Source of the DNA: Deferribacteres bacterium
Lineage (GTDB): Bacteria; Nitrospirota; Thermodesulfovibrionia; UBA6902
NCBI GenBank assembly: GCA_013152795.1
Contig: JAADFS010000028.1
Coordinates: 1 to 62,543 of the forward strand
Direction: 5' to 3'
Length of the DNA: 62,543 bases
Shown: positions 50,516 through 61,103 of the stretch, piece by piece
Layout of the letters: each line of letters opens with the position of its first letter
How positions within the stretch are numbered: the stretch's first letter is position 1
Notes under the pieces: generated by a model
What the model saw: only the letters and a program-made list of their open reading frames with translations
What the model was told of the DNA's origin: nothing
Databases searched by the model: none
Program-made: the position numbers and the translations under genes

Positions 50516-50812
50516 ATGGCTACTTACGACAGAGGCACTCCTGTACTGATAGAGGCTGAGTTCAAAAGAAATGAACCCTTCGGAGGCCCTGCGTATTTCG
50601 ATCCGACATCACCCAAGGTGACCGTTACTGCTCCGGATGGCACTGTTATGGTCGACGGAGCCGCCATGACGAAGCAGGAGACAGGGAAATGGTATCACAT
50701 ATTCCAGACGGACATTTCATGGGAAAAAGGTCCGTACAATGTCAAGATTACCTGCAGTGACGGGACTTACAATGATGTGACTGTCGCGAGAGGGATATTC
50801 AGGTTGCTGTAA
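50516..50812 (+). CDS. hypothetical structural protein
   Basis: 98 aa, beta-rich pattern. Confidence 0.4.
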   Translation: MATYDRGTPVLIEAEFKRNEPFGGPAYFDPTSPKVTVTAPDGTVMVDGAAMTKQETGKWYHIFQTDISWEKGPYNVKITCSDGTYNDVTVARGIFRLL

Positions 50813-50825
50813 TACGAGGCACACG

Positions 50826-50866
50826 ATGCCAGAGCCTATAGTGGCTGGGCCAGGCATTTTATTTTC
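50826..50866 (+). terminator. candidate rho-independent terminator between neck and tail modules
   Basis: ATGCC..AGCC-tatagt-GGCT..GGCAT imperfect hairpin followed by TTTTATTTT. Confidence 0.45.
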
Positions 50867-50891
50867 AACCAAAAATCTACGGAGGTGAAAG

Positions 50892-51626
50892 ATGGGAAAG
50901 TCATACACAATAGGTAAAGGAAAACTCCTTTTCAGGCCTGAAGGTGAGCAGGGGTACAAGGACCTGGGCAACTGCCCGGACTTCAAGGTCACCGTTGCAA
51001 CCGAAAAGAAGGAGCATTACTCGGACAGGTCAGGGATATCCGTCAAGGATGCCGAGATCGTGACGAAGCAGACTGCATCTGGAGGGTTCACGCTCGATGA
51101 GCCGAACATCGACAACCTGAACATGTTTGTGATGGGAGCCGGGACTGTTACGACCCAGCAGGCTGCCGGATCCGCAACCGATCAGGCTGTCACTGCATTG
51201 CTCGACCGTTGGGTCGCCCTCGGCAAGGTCAATGTCTCAAGCGTTGTCGTGACAGACAACAGTGGCACTACCACGTATGTTAAGGGCACCGATTATGAGC
51301 TTGACGCAAGTGCAGGGCTCATAATGGCCCTGTCGAGTGGATCAATTACTGACGGGGAATCCCTGCTCGTTGATTTCACTTACCCGGACGCCACAATCAA
51401 GCAGGTCAATGCTGCAACGGCTACAACGGTCAAGGGGCACATATACTTTGTGGGAGACCCTCCTGTCGGAAAGATCCTCGACGTCAAGGGCTATATCAGC
51501 CTTGCCCCGAATGGAGAGCTCTCTCTGATAGGCGAGGACTGGATGCAGTATGAATTCGAGATGGAGTTCCTCTCTCATGCTGACTATGATGGTCTCTTTG
51601 AGATCGTCGAAAGAGGTGAGGTCTGA
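50892..51626 (+). CDS. major tail (tube) protein candidate
   Basis: Call is by position directly upstream of the frameshifted chaperone pair and tape measure gene. GGAGGTG SD. Confidence 0.55.
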   Translation: MGKSYTIGKGKLLFRPEGEQGYKDLGNCPDFKVTVATEKKEHYSDRSGISVKDAEIVTKQTASGGFTLDEPNIDNLNMFVMGAGTVTTQQAAGSATDQAVTALLDRWVALGKVNVSSVVVTDNSGTTTYVKGTDYELDASAGLIMALSSGSITDGESLLVDFTYPDATIKQVNAATATTVKGHIYFVGDPPVGKILDVKGYISLAPNGELSLIGEDWMQYEFEMEFLSHADYDGLFEIVERGEV

Positions 51627-52063
51627 TGAGCGACGAGTTGAAGGTCCTTCTGCCTGATGAGATGTACATACTCGAGACTGGGGAACAGGTCACTGTCAGG
51701 CCTGTTCCCTTCGGCAAACTGAATATCTTCTCCGAGGCAGTGGCATCACTGATGCTGAAAATTTCTGATCTTGGCCTTGAGCTCAGAGATATCAAGAATT
51801 GGAAGACCCTCTTTGACGTCGCCTTCGAGGAGATGCTCAATATCATGGGCCTGGTGCTCGAAAAGCCCCGGGAATGGTTTGACACGATATCCATCAATGA
51901 TGGCATAGGCCTCTTGGCCATCATTGTCGAGCAGAACTTCAGGGAGGAGACTAAAAAAAACATCCTCAAGGTCGTAGAGAAATTGAGCTCAACATGGCAG
52001 ACGTCATCCAGATACTCATCTCGGCAGGACACAGCTGGGAAGAGATCAAGAACTACACGGTAG
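51626..52063 (+). CDS. tail assembly chaperone (G-like)
   Basis: Sits between the tube and tape measure genes. Contains the slippery A AAA AAC at 51955-51961. Confidence 0.6.
   Translation: MSDELKVLLPDEMYILETGEQVTVRPVPFGKLNIFSEAVASLMLKISDLGLELRDIKNWKTLFDVAFEEMLNIMGLVLEKPREWFDTISINDGIGLLAIIVEQNFREETKKNILKVVEKLSSTWQTSSRYSSRQDTAGKRSRTTR
51955..51961 (+). other. programmed -1 ribosomal frameshift site (A AAA AAC)
   Basis: Run of 8 A at 51953-51960, in phase with the 51626 frame. The -1 frame is open from 51961 through 52260. Confidence 0.55.
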
Positions 52064-52260
52064 GGCAGATCGAGCTGTTTGCCGAAAGCGTCATGCGGGT
52101 TGAGAACATGAAATTGTCCAGCCTGACGTGGGCTGTTCATGTTGCCGCCCAGGGTGGCCATAAGGACGTGAAGAACTATACGGACAACCTGAAACCCGGC
52201 AAGGAGCTTGGAAGAGATGACTTGCTGCGAGATTTCAAGAGGACAGGAAATACAAAATGA
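51994..52260 (+). CDS. -1 frame extension of the tail assembly chaperone (GT-like product)
   Basis: ORF lies in the -1 frame relative to 51626..52063 and overlaps its 3' end. No convincing independent SD. Confidence 0.5.
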   Translation: MADVIQILISAGHSWEEIKNYTVGQIELFAESVMRVENMKLSSLTWAVHVAAQGGHKDVKNYTDNLKPGKELGRDDLLRDFKRTGNTK

Positions 52261-52398
52261 TGATGACAGGCCATATGAGTAAGGCAAGCAGGTGGCCTGC
52301 AGGACGGAAGATGACGGTTACAGGCAGGGCAATTAGCCTGGCAAACAATTGACAAAGGTAGATGATGAATAAAAATATCAACACCGACTGGAGCATGA

Positions 52399-55300
52399 AT
52401 GACCTCCATTGTTAATTTAATTATATCCGCACAGGACAAAGCGAGTCAAATTGTCCGGAAGACAGAGAACGGCATCAAGAAACTCTCTGGTGCTTCGAAG
52501 GCATATCACGACACACTTCAGGGCCTGAACGGGACTGCAGACAAGTTCATGCAGAACATGCAGCGTATAGCTGCTGTTGTGGGTATAGCCGGAGTTGCAC
52601 GGTCTTTTGTCGAGATCAATTCAAGCGCTGAGAAGACAAAACTGATGCTCCAGGGGCTCCTGGGATCTACTGAAGCGGCAGCAGAGGCGTTTGAATGGAT
52701 ACTCGATATCTCAACTAAACTGCCTTTTTCAATTGATGCGCTCAAGGATTCCTACATCAAGCTGCAGGTGGCAGGACTGGATCCCATGAGCGGATCACTC
52801 AAGACCCTGTCTGATGCGATCGCTTCATTTGGAGGGACCGATGAGGACCTGAAACTTGCGTCCATTGCGATACAGCAGATGGCAGGCAAGGGTGTCGTCT
52901 CAATGGAAGAACTGAGGCAACAGCTCGGGGAAAGGATACCTACCGCGATCAAGGCCATGGCAGAGGGAATGGGAATGTCCATGGGCCAGCTCACAAAGGA
53001 GATTGAGAAGGGAAATATCAGTGCCACCAGGGGCATCAATGCCATGATGAGCAAGCTGGAAGAATGGTATGGCGGCCGGGGCAAGGAAATGATGAATTCA
53101 TGGGCTGGGCTCATGTCAAATTTGAGGGTGGCATGGGAGAGGTTTGCCTTGTTCATCGGTGAGACAGGGGTTTTTGAAAAACTCAAAAGCATCATCGATG
53201 GCGTACTTGGAAAGCTTGATGAGATGAAACAAAGTGGGAACCTGAAGGCCTGGGGAGAAAGAATTGCTGGCACAATCGGAAGATTGGTTGACATGTTTGT
53301 GCGGCTTGGAGCGGTCATAGTAAGAGTAATCGATATTTTTGGACCCTTTCTCCCGGTACTAATCGAGATGTTTGTGTATTTCAAGATGACGAAGGTCATT
53401 CTCGGGGGAATTATCGGGCTGCCGTTGAGTATAGGCAGGGAATTGATGGCATTAAAAAAAGCTGCAACTGTTTTGATGGGTACCGGGATTGCTCAATATT
53501 TCAAGAATCTGGGCATGGTTATGACTACATTACCCGCAAAGATCATTGCAATAGATAATAGTTTGGGCGGGCTGGCAAAGAAAGCCGGGCTGATAACTGC
53601 TGCCTTCACTTTTGGTTGGCAGTTCGGAAAATGGCTCGGTGGATTCGAGGTTGTGCGCAAGTGGACTGAGGTGGCAATGACCTATCTGGATGAATTTTTC
53701 ATCTGGTACCGCATCAAACAGCTTGAACTGTGGAAACTGACAAAAAAGGTCTTCACCCTCGGCGCCGCGGACACTACTGCTACAGACAGGCAGATAGCGG
53801 CTTTGAACAGGCACAGGGAAATCCTTGCCCTGGTGCGGAAAGATATTCTCAAGGGCAAGGATGCACAGGAAAAGCTCGGAAAAGAGACGGAGAAGTCGAC
53901 AAGGGCGATAGAAAATCAGAGCAGGCAGGTTGAGAAGCAGAAAAAAACATACGAAGAACTGATGGATTCAATTGAGGAGGGCTCCTCACAATACATTGCG
54001 ATCAAAAGCAGGGAACTTTCCACCTTCAAGGCCAATATCGACTATGAGATCGCATTGGAAAAACAGAAATATGAACAGGGGAAGATATCCCTTGAGGAGT
54101 TCCTGAAGTTCAGGCAGAGCAGGCAGCAGGCATATACTGAGGAGATGATCAGGCTCAAGGAGATGGAGATCGAGGCCCTCAAGGAGGCCCCGGATGTTGA
54201 CCCCGTCAAAGTAAAGGCTATTGAGGAGGAGATCAAGCAGATCAAGATACAATCCGCCCAGGACCAGTTGAAGATCCAGCAAGAGCTTGCCCAGGGCATC
54301 AAAAAAGAGCATGAGGATGCCTTCACAAACTGGAAGTCACTCCAGGAACTCAGGCTTGATACCCTGAAAAACCAGTTTGACCTTGAGAATACACTCGATG
54401 ATGAGGCGGCCAAGCAGGGCCTCTTGAGACAGTCGGAAGTGCTTGAGCGTAAACTTCAGAGAACAAAAGAGTTCTATGAGGCCCGGATCAAACTTGCCAC
54501 TGAAGCACTTCAGAAGATAGCAGAGATTGAAGGAACTGACAGCGAAGGATACAAGAAGGCCTATGCCGAACGTCTGAGACTACAGCAGGAACTCGAGATC
54601 CAGGTTATCAGGTCGGAGGCCCAGATCAATGAAGCAAGGGTTAATGAGGAGATAGAGGCACAGAAACTCGTAGCTGATCTGACTGATGACCGCATCAGGC
54701 TTGCTGAGATAGAGAAGGCTGAAAAACTGCAAAAGTTGAAGGAATATCACGAGCAGGGACTTATAAGTGCAATCGAATATTCTCATGCTGTTATAGCTCT
54801 TGAGAAAAAGATTACGGACAGTTTTAGCTCTGAGCTCAGAGAGAGGTCGGAGCAGTTGACGGTATGGGCCGGCATCATATCAGAGAGGACGCGCAGGATG
54901 TATGATGCCATCGGCGGACTCGTGATGAATTCCTTCGAAGATGTCAAGCAGTATTTCGGTTCTGCCAGCGATGCCCTTGCAATTACTGTTTCAGAGGTTC
55001 GTGCGCAGATAGAGGGGTTCCTGAATGCAATCAACAGGGGCACAGCTGAGACATTCTGGAAGGCAGAGCTCTTCGGCCGCAAAATGGTCGACATGGTCGG
55101 GACAAACATCTATGACTGGGCCAGCCGGGTCGCGGAGTATATCCAGTACGTCAAGGGCTTGATGGATGACCTCAGGGACACCATAGAGGACTATCGGAAA
55201 CAACTGCTCCGGCTCAGGGGAGACCGTGTCGGCCTCGTTGAAATATGGTACCAGGAACAGCTTGAAAAGCTGAAGAGTAAGTTCAAGGACCTTGCAGATT

Positions 55301-55659
55301 CGCCTGAATACAGGCAGGCGATTGACCTGCTGCGGAAACTGTACGAGGAGAAGCTTAAAAAGGCAGAGGAGTCAATGAGTAAAGAGGAAAACCGGTGGGA
55401 GAAGTATGCCGGCGTTATTACAACAACAGCAGAGAATATGGCCGGCAAGGTCAAGAGCTCAGTGGCCGGCATTGCATCTATCAACCTGTCAGCTATTTCC
55501 GGATCCTTGTCTCCGGAAGTGCGCGTTCAACGAGACATAAAGCTTGATTCCGTGTTCAAGATACAGACTTTCGACTCTGAAACAACAAGGCGTTGGCTCA
55601 GGGATATCGTATTCCCGGAATGGGAAAAACAACTCAGGCTGAAAGGGATCAGGTTATGA
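52399..55659 (+). CDS. tail tape measure protein
   Basis: 1086 aa. Long coiled-coil regions plus a central hydrophobic segment. Canonical position. Confidence 0.85.
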   Translation: MTSIVNLIISAQDKASQIVRKTENGIKKLSGASKAYHDTLQGLNGTADKFMQNMQRIAAVVGIAGVARSFVEINSSAEKTKLMLQGLLGSTEAAAEAFEWILDISTKLPFSIDALKDSYIKLQVAGLDPMSGSLKTLSDAIASFGGTDEDLKLASIAIQQMAGKGVVSMEELRQQLGERIPTAIKAMAEGMGMSMGQLTKEIEKGNISATRGINAMMSKLEEWYGGRGKEMMNSWAGLMSNLRVAWERFALFIGETGVFEKLKSIIDGVLGKLDEMKQSGNLKAWGERIAGTIGRLVDMFVRLGAVIVRVIDIFGPFLPVLIEMFVYFKMTKVILGGIIGLPLSIGRELMALKKAATVLMGTGIAQYFKNLGMVMTTLPAKIIAIDNSLGGLAKKAGLITAAFTFGWQFGKWLGGFEVVRKWTEVAMTYLDEFFIWYRIKQLELWKLTKKVFTLGAADTTATDRQIAALNRHREILALVRKDILKGKDAQEKLGKETEKSTRAIENQSRQVEKQKKTYEELMDSIEEGSSQYIAIKSRELSTFKANIDYEIALEKQKYEQGKISLEEFLKFRQSRQQAYTEEMIRLKEMEIEALKEAPDVDPVKVKAIEEEIKQIKIQSAQDQLKIQQELAQGIKKEHEDAFTNWKSLQELRLDTLKNQFDLENTLDDEAAKQGLLRQSEVLERKLQRTKEFYEARIKLATEALQKIAEIEGTDSEGYKKAYAERLRLQQELEIQVIRSEAQINEARVNEEIEAQKLVADLTDDRIRLAEIEKAEKLQKLKEYHEQGLISAIEYSHAVIALEKKITDSFSSELRERSEQLTVWAGIISERTRRMYDAIGGLVMNSFEDVKQYFGSASDALAITVSEVRAQIEGFLNAINRGTAETFWKAELFGRKMVDMVGTNIYDWASRVAEYIQYVKGLMDDLRDTIEDYRKQLLRLRGDRVGLVEIWYQEQLEKLKSKFKDLADSPEYRQAIDLLRKLYEEKLKKAEESMSKEENRWEKYAGVITTTAENMAGKVKSSVAGIASINLSAISGSLSPEVRVQRDIKLDSVFKIQTFDSETTRRWLRDIVFPEWEKQLRLKGIRL

Positions 55660-58600
55660 GCGGTCAGCAGGCATATATCTACCAGGAGTATAACAAGGTT
55701 GTTGACGCAGCTATTACGAGTAATGTTTCCCCCAGTTCCCGTGCACCGCTTGTGTATCCTCTCAGAAAACAGGGCAACGGTAACATACGGCTCTACGGAA
55801 ACTATAGCGGGGACAAGGATGCCCGTTATGAGGTTAAGATCCTCGATTCAATATTGCAGGATCCTGTCGTGTCAGCTCCGGTCTTCCGCGGTGCCGGCAC
55901 AGGCAAGATCTCTGATATTGCTGTCTCAAACCTTGAGGCTCAAAAGATCCGTATCCTGTGCCTCTCTACCGGCACTGAGAGCAGGAAGGCGGAAATAGAG
56001 CTTGAGGGTTACAGGTTCAGGGCGAAAGAGGCCGGGGCATCCGGGAACGCAATATACCTTCTAATCGATGATTCATCACTCGTCTTTACAGCGAGTGATT
56101 ATTCCGTCATCAAGCCCCTGAAGGTTGGAGATACTGCTCTGGAAGGACAGGAGTGGGATTTCGACACAAAGGTCCTGCAAGGCGAGTTTGTCCCAGAGGA
56201 TGCTCACAGGCTGGCCTTCGGTCAGGACAGGCTCCATATATACACGCAGTACAAGAAGTTTGAGGAGGGAGTCTGGAAATATTACTTCATCCTGCCTATT
56301 CAGTATGAAGTGAAGGCGGGGGAGAGAGTATACTTCGTCTCCGGTGGCAGGACCATCACCGTCACTGACGGCGCTACAACCGAAGAGTATACGGACATTG
56401 TGACCATAGCCGATTTCTGGCAGAAGGTTAAGGCATCATCCGGATTGATAGAACCGGTCGACTCATCCATTGATACATCACGCAGTATTACGAGTCCGGC
56501 GGTAAGAGAGTTTTCAACGAAAACCGAGGCATACTTCATGCCTCCATACCGGGATGAGAAATCATCTGAATATGCCGGGGACCTTCAGGACATAGAGGTC
56601 AGCAACGATAAAGCAAAGACAGAGTTGATCCGGATCACCTGTATTTCCAATGCCTACGTTGGAGATGAGGTTTGGGAGGTCAAGGGCTCATCGAGCGGGG
56701 ACCTTGGGCAAGTGAGAACAGGAGAGTATGCATACCTGGGGCCTGTCGGCTTCAGAATTCCGCAAAAATTGCCTAAGAACTGGGGGGAGGTGAACGAAAA
56801 CTGGAGCTACAAGATTGATTATGCCCCCAGGGATGCAGGGGTCGATCCTCCGGCAATATGTTTTTCGCTGCGCATGGGGATAAACTCAGTTCCGCAAACA
56901 CTCGAGCTGACATACAAGAAAAAACCGCCGGAATGTTATTGTCCCCCCGTTGGGTTTTCGGATAAATGCCTCGGATTTGAAGAGAAAGGAGGTGAGACAG
57001 GAATGGCATACATTGTTCAGGACCTGAGCTTCTGGACAGACGTGGTCATCAACCGCATGGCAGAGAAGTGGCAGGAGCAGGAGCCGTATCTTGCAGGGTC
57101 TTCCAGTGAAGCATACGAAAAACAGTTCTTGAAACTGATCGACAGAAATGTAGAGATCTTCAAGGGCCTCGCTCAAAGAATAATGAATCTGCCTGAGGAG
57201 GATGCATCAGCCCTTCAAGCAATGGTGGATCAGTATAAGACGCTTGTAAACTCCCAGACCGTGCTGGTAATGCTAAATTCATCTTTCACCCAGTATGCCT
57301 GGGCATCATGGGATGGATCAAAGTGGATATACGACACACAGCCATCAAGCAAATACAGCTATCTCAAGGATGCGACATTCGATACCGATCTGTACCAGAC
57401 ACTTGCAGATGCGATCCTCAACTATGAGCAGACCTATGGCGTAAAAAAAAATAATGTCATTGGTATCGGTACTTGCTACCAGGATACCGATGATGATTAT
57501 TACTGGGAGATCAGTGGTAGTAAGGCATATCTGCCTGCATACACGGATGTGCCTTACTATTCAACTGTCCAGTCAGGTAATGATTACATCAACACAAAGG
57601 AGTTTGCCCTTCTTGTCTCAATTCCTTGCGGGGGCACGCTTGTCGAGGGTGACAAGATAACAGTGGAAATCGGAGGGGTGGTATATGAGAAGACATATCA
57701 GGTAGGAGATATAACATATCTGCCGACAGTAGCAAGGCAGAACCTTAACCTTACCGGTGGGCGGGACGGGGATGATACATACACCTGGGAAGTTTCAGGA
57801 GAGATAGACAAATTCCCTGACTATCTTCTCGACAGAAAAACACCAGCGCGGTACATCACCCCGCAACTATCCTTTCAGATCGAAGACGGTATAGTGCCCT
57901 TTGATGTCGGTGACGTTTTTGAGTTCACCATTGAGGGGGGACGCTGGATCTGGCGTAAGGATGGGGGAGCGTGGTCATCTCCACTCGACATCAAGAAAGA
58001 GGCTCAGACATTTGATAGCGGCCTGCAGATAGCCTTTGATTTCGGGGTGAGTCCGTCGTTCATTCAGAATGATACCTGGGAAGTGCTCTGTATCCAGGAA
58101 AACAAGGCGAGCAACCTGGCTACCCCGGGCCGCACAAGGCGGAAAGGACCCGGTGATGTTACGTTCGCCTTCAGCTCTCAGGTTACGATCGATACCCTGG
58201 TGATTGACATGCACGATATCGGCACTGATATTGTCTTCAAGGCCTCAAATGTGTCTGATTTCAGCGTTATTGAATACTCTGAAACGATCTCGCCGACCTC
58301 TCTTATCTGCAGACTTTTTGGGACGCCCATCACAGCACAATATTTCAGGCTGGAAATCTCTGGGGAAACATCAATCGGGTATGTCTTTCTCGGCACAAGG
58401 ATGCAACTCAGCCTCGATGCGGACAGCATCAGGCCGATGCGTCAATACAATATGTCCAGACAGGAGGCAAAAGAGCCCTTCAGTCTCCTGAAGTATGCCA
58501 GAAAGGGGTACATGATAGACTACAGTTCTTTCATATACAATGCCGATTTTGAGGCCCTTGAACAGATGATCGACTATCTGAAGACCAACAATGACATGCC

Positions 58601-58754
58601 TTTCTATTTCGTGGCGAACATCAGTTACCCGGAGGATTGCATCCGGGCATATATCGATACTGACAACATTGAGGTCGAGAGCCCTGTAGATATCAATGCT
58701 CCCAAGGCGAACAGATTGTTCAGCCTCAAGCTTCCAGTCATAGGTGTTCAGTAA
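55656..58754 (+). CDS. large distal tail / baseplate-hub-like protein
   Basis: ATGA overlap with the tape measure stop. 1032 aa. No motif recognised. Confidence 0.5.
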   Translation: MSGQQAYIYQEYNKVVDAAITSNVSPSSRAPLVYPLRKQGNGNIRLYGNYSGDKDARYEVKILDSILQDPVVSAPVFRGAGTGKISDIAVSNLEAQKIRILCLSTGTESRKAEIELEGYRFRAKEAGASGNAIYLLIDDSSLVFTASDYSVIKPLKVGDTALEGQEWDFDTKVLQGEFVPEDAHRLAFGQDRLHIYTQYKKFEEGVWKYYFILPIQYEVKAGERVYFVSGGRTITVTDGATTEEYTDIVTIADFWQKVKASSGLIEPVDSSIDTSRSITSPAVREFSTKTEAYFMPPYRDEKSSEYAGDLQDIEVSNDKAKTELIRITCISNAYVGDEVWEVKGSSSGDLGQVRTGEYAYLGPVGFRIPQKLPKNWGEVNENWSYKIDYAPRDAGVDPPAICFSLRMGINSVPQTLELTYKKKPPECYCPPVGFSDKCLGFEEKGGETGMAYIVQDLSFWTDVVINRMAEKWQEQEPYLAGSSSEAYEKQFLKLIDRNVEIFKGLAQRIMNLPEEDASALQAMVDQYKTLVNSQTVLVMLNSSFTQYAWASWDGSKWIYDTQPSSKYSYLKDATFDTDLYQTLADAILNYEQTYGVKKNNVIGIGTCYQDTDDDYYWEISGSKAYLPAYTDVPYYSTVQSGNDYINTKEFALLVSIPCGGTLVEGDKITVEIGGVVYEKTYQVGDITYLPTVARQNLNLTGGRDGDDTYTWEVSGEIDKFPDYLLDRKTPARYITPQLSFQIEDGIVPFDVGDVFEFTIEGGRWIWRKDGGAWSSPLDIKKEAQTFDSGLQIAFDFGVSPSFIQNDTWEVLCIQENKASNLATPGRTRRKGPGDVTFAFSSQVTIDTLVIDMHDIGTDIVFKASNVSDFSVIEYSETISPTSLICRLFGTPITAQYFRLEISGETSIGYVFLGTRMQLSLDADSIRPMRQYNMSRQEAKEPFSLLKYARKGYMIDYSSFIYNADFEALEQMIDYLKTNNDMPFYFVANISYPEDCIRAYIDTDNIEVESPVDINAPKANRLFSLKLPVIGVQ

Positions 58755-59110
58755 TGTTGAACGTCAGCATTGACAGCTTAAACGCGATTGAAGAGGGCAT
58801 CAACCCAGCATACAAGGTCGTCGTATATTTTCAGGAGCCGGAAACATACACAGAGGATGATTATCTTCTCAATGCAGGCGACTTGAGCACAAGCATGTCA
58901 GAGGACGGCGGTTACGAGGTTGCAAACACATCCGTAACACTGAGGAATCAAGAGTATTACTTCTCGAGGCGTCTGGCAAAAGAGTTGCCTGACAACAAAC
59001 TTGTTGAGATATTCATGAATACGGGATTCGAGGATATCCTCCTGTTCAGGGGGGTTGTATACGACTGGCAATTGACCGAGACTGAATTAACTCTAAACAT
59101 TAACGCGTAG
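58754..59110 (+). CDS. hypothetical tail protein
   Basis: TAATG overlap. 118 aa. Confidence 0.4.
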   Translation: MLNVSIDSLNAIEEGINPAYKVVVYFQEPETYTEDDYLLNAGDLSTSMSEDGGYEVANTSVTLRNQEYYFSRRLAKELPDNKLVEIFMNTGFEDILLFRGVVYDWQLTETELTLNINA

Positions 59111-59120
59111 GAGGTTTGAA

Positions 59121-59744
59121 ATGGCTGAAATTTTTGGAGTCAAAGGATATGACGGGGTGGGTTGGAACATCGATATCACAAGCACGGATCGTGTCGGGTT
59201 CAATGCTGCGAACTTCGGCGAATCCATCTCAGTGGGGACGTTTCAGGACAGCACACACAAGACTGACAGCACCATGTCTACAGACCTTTGCAGTCCTGAC
59301 CATATCCGCAATTGCAAGTACATCTCTCCAACAGAGGTATCTCTGATGGGGGGAGCCGCGGTTACCCTTGATACAACAAACGTGGGGCAGAATGATTGCA
59401 CGCTTCAGTGGTCATACCAGGACGACACGGTCAATACCGCCCTGTCAAACGTGAGGTTCTTTTTCTATGATGCTGTGGATCCCGCCAATGCTCCTGCCGG
59501 AGTCATAGCCGTCGCCTTTGAGCACGACGGGGCCGCAATCAACAAGGACAGGGTGTCAGACACACCTGGAGACGGAGGAGCCTGGGACAGTTCGAAAGGA
59601 ATCGGAGGTAACGCAAATGCCCTGATCTGTTCCGATCAGGCATCTGCTTCCATACACAATTTCTATATCGGCATCTCCCTCTCACCCACATCAAAGGGGC
59701 TGAAGACGGCGGTCAGGGCAAGACTTGAATTCGATGCTCAATAA
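59121..59744 (+). CDS. hypothetical tail protein
   Basis: AGGAGG SD. 207 aa. Confidence 0.45.
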   Translation: MAEIFGVKGYDGVGWNIDITSTDRVGFNAANFGESISVGTFQDSTHKTDSTMSTDLCSPDHIRNCKYISPTEVSLMGGAAVTLDTTNVGQNDCTLQWSYQDDTVNTALSNVRFFFYDAVDPANAPAGVIAVAFEHDGAAINKDRVSDTPGDGGAWDSSKGIGGNANALICSDQASASIHNFYIGISLSPTSKGLKTAVRARLEFDAQ

Positions 59745-59758
59745 CAGGAGGAGGATAC

Positions 59759-60076
59759 ATGACGACTCATGACTGGTTTGCCCGTCTGAAGAACGGGCAG
59801 GTGATCTGTGGCAAGACTGTAGGCTCGTTCGCAAACATCAAATCCCTCGAAATGGATGACCTGTGGGTGAACTTTCGTGGTAACAGATATGCTGCACCAA
59901 GGAAGGGGAGTGAAAAGCCCCTGAGATTCGATTTTTTCGTCTCCATGGCCATGGAGCCTGAAGGAATACAGGCCAAGGCATACAAACTCATCTCATTATA
60001 TCCGGATTGCAGGCTGACACGACTTGTGTTCCCTGATGGACGGACAGAAATAAGGCGGGAAGCTAAAAGAGGTTGA
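59759..60076 (+). CDS. hypothetical protein
   Basis: AGGAGGAGG SD. 105 aa. Confidence 0.4.
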   Translation: MTTHDWFARLKNGQVICGKTVGSFANIKSLEMDDLWVNFRGNRYAAPRKGSEKPLRFDFFVSMAMEPEGIQAKAYKLISLYPDCRLTRLVFPDGRTEIRREAKRG

Positions 60077-60080
60077 GTAG

Positions 60081-61103
60081 ATGGCACTTGTGATAATGGA
60101 GCGGGATGCAATCCTGCACGGGTATACGAGCCTGCAATCGGACAGGGATGCGATACTGCATGGGTACACGACCCTGCAATCGGACAGGGATATCATACTT
60201 GCAGGTCACGAAACTCTGAGCACAGACAGGGATTTCATCCTCGACGCCCACCCGGGGCGTGAAGTAGATACTGTCCTTTCCGGAAAGACACCCCTTGAGC
60301 GCGCTCCCATCCTCGCAGGCAAGACCCACCTTTCACAAAACAGGTATACCGTGCTCAGAGGACTTGACCATGCCATGGCAGAACTGGATTGCATCCTTCA
60401 AGGCCTCGAACATTACATTGACAGAGACTTTATCGTTGCCGTTAAGCCGCAGGAGGAGCGTTCATTCATCCTGCAGGCCCATGAAGATATCCCTGCCGGC
60501 AAGACGAGGCGCCTTACCCTGTTTGATACCCTCAACCTCAGAAGTACGAGTATCTACAGGAATCCCCGGGATATCTCAACTCTTCAGATCGTAATCGGGG
60601 ACCTCTCAAGCAGCAGGGTTCCCTGCACTCCCCTTGATGAATCGGGGACGATATATCACGTCTCTGACAGACCTATTCAGAGCATATCAAAGGTCTATGT
60701 CGAGGGAGAACCCAAAACCTTTGGGTATCGGGCATATACATCCTACCAGGACGAGACCGGTCAATCGATCGCCTGCGTGGTCTTTGACAATCCACAGTAC
60801 GATAAAAGCGTCTCTGTTGCATGTAAGGGCGTTATCGATGTCAAAACTGGAGGTCTGCTTGAAAACCCTGCTGATATCATCAATTATGTGTTTTTGGAGA
60901 TTCAGGGGTATGATGAAAACTCTATAGATTCAGGGGAGATTTCGAGGTTTTACTCCGACTGTCTCAAGGAAGACCTCAAAATAGGATATGTTTTAGATGA
61001 ATCTGTTACCGTGAAGCAGTTCCTTGATGACCTTGCCATGAATATTCACGCAAGGTGGATGATCAGCGATGGCAAATCCGTGATGAGGTTGATGTGGCTG
61101 TAA
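60081..61103 (+). CDS. tail fibre/baseplate protein with N-terminal 14-residue periodic repeats
   Basis: RDAILHGYTSLQSD x2, then RDIILAGHETLSTD, RDFILDAHPGREVD and more degenerate units. C-terminal ENPADIINYVFLE-type domain. Confidence 0.5.
   Translation: MALVIMERDAILHGYTSLQSDRDAILHGYTTLQSDRDIILAGHETLSTDRDFILDAHPGREVDTVLSGKTPLERAPILAGKTHLSQNRYTVLRGLDHAMAELDCILQGLEHYIDRDFIVAVKPQEERSFILQAHEDIPAGKTRRLTLFDTLNLRSTSIYRNPRDISTLQIVIGDLSSSRVPCTPLDESGTIYHVSDRPIQSISKVYVEGEPKTFGYRAYTSYQDETGQSIACVVFDNPQYDKSVSVACKGVIDVKTGGLLENPADIINYVFLEIQGYDENSIDSGEISRFYSDCLKEDLKIGYVLDESVTVKQFLDDLAMNIHARWMISDGKSVMRLMWL
60103..60270 (+). repeat. four tandem 42-nt units (coding 14-aa repeats)
   Basis: GGGAT(G/A/T).. restarts at 60103, 60145, 60187 and 60229. 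The first two units are near-identical at nucleotide level. Confidence 0.7.

Noticed and set aside
52258-52352. 30-codon ORF between the chaperone extension and the tape-measure gene.
   Set aside because: It has no SD, a basic low-complexity sequence and no motif.
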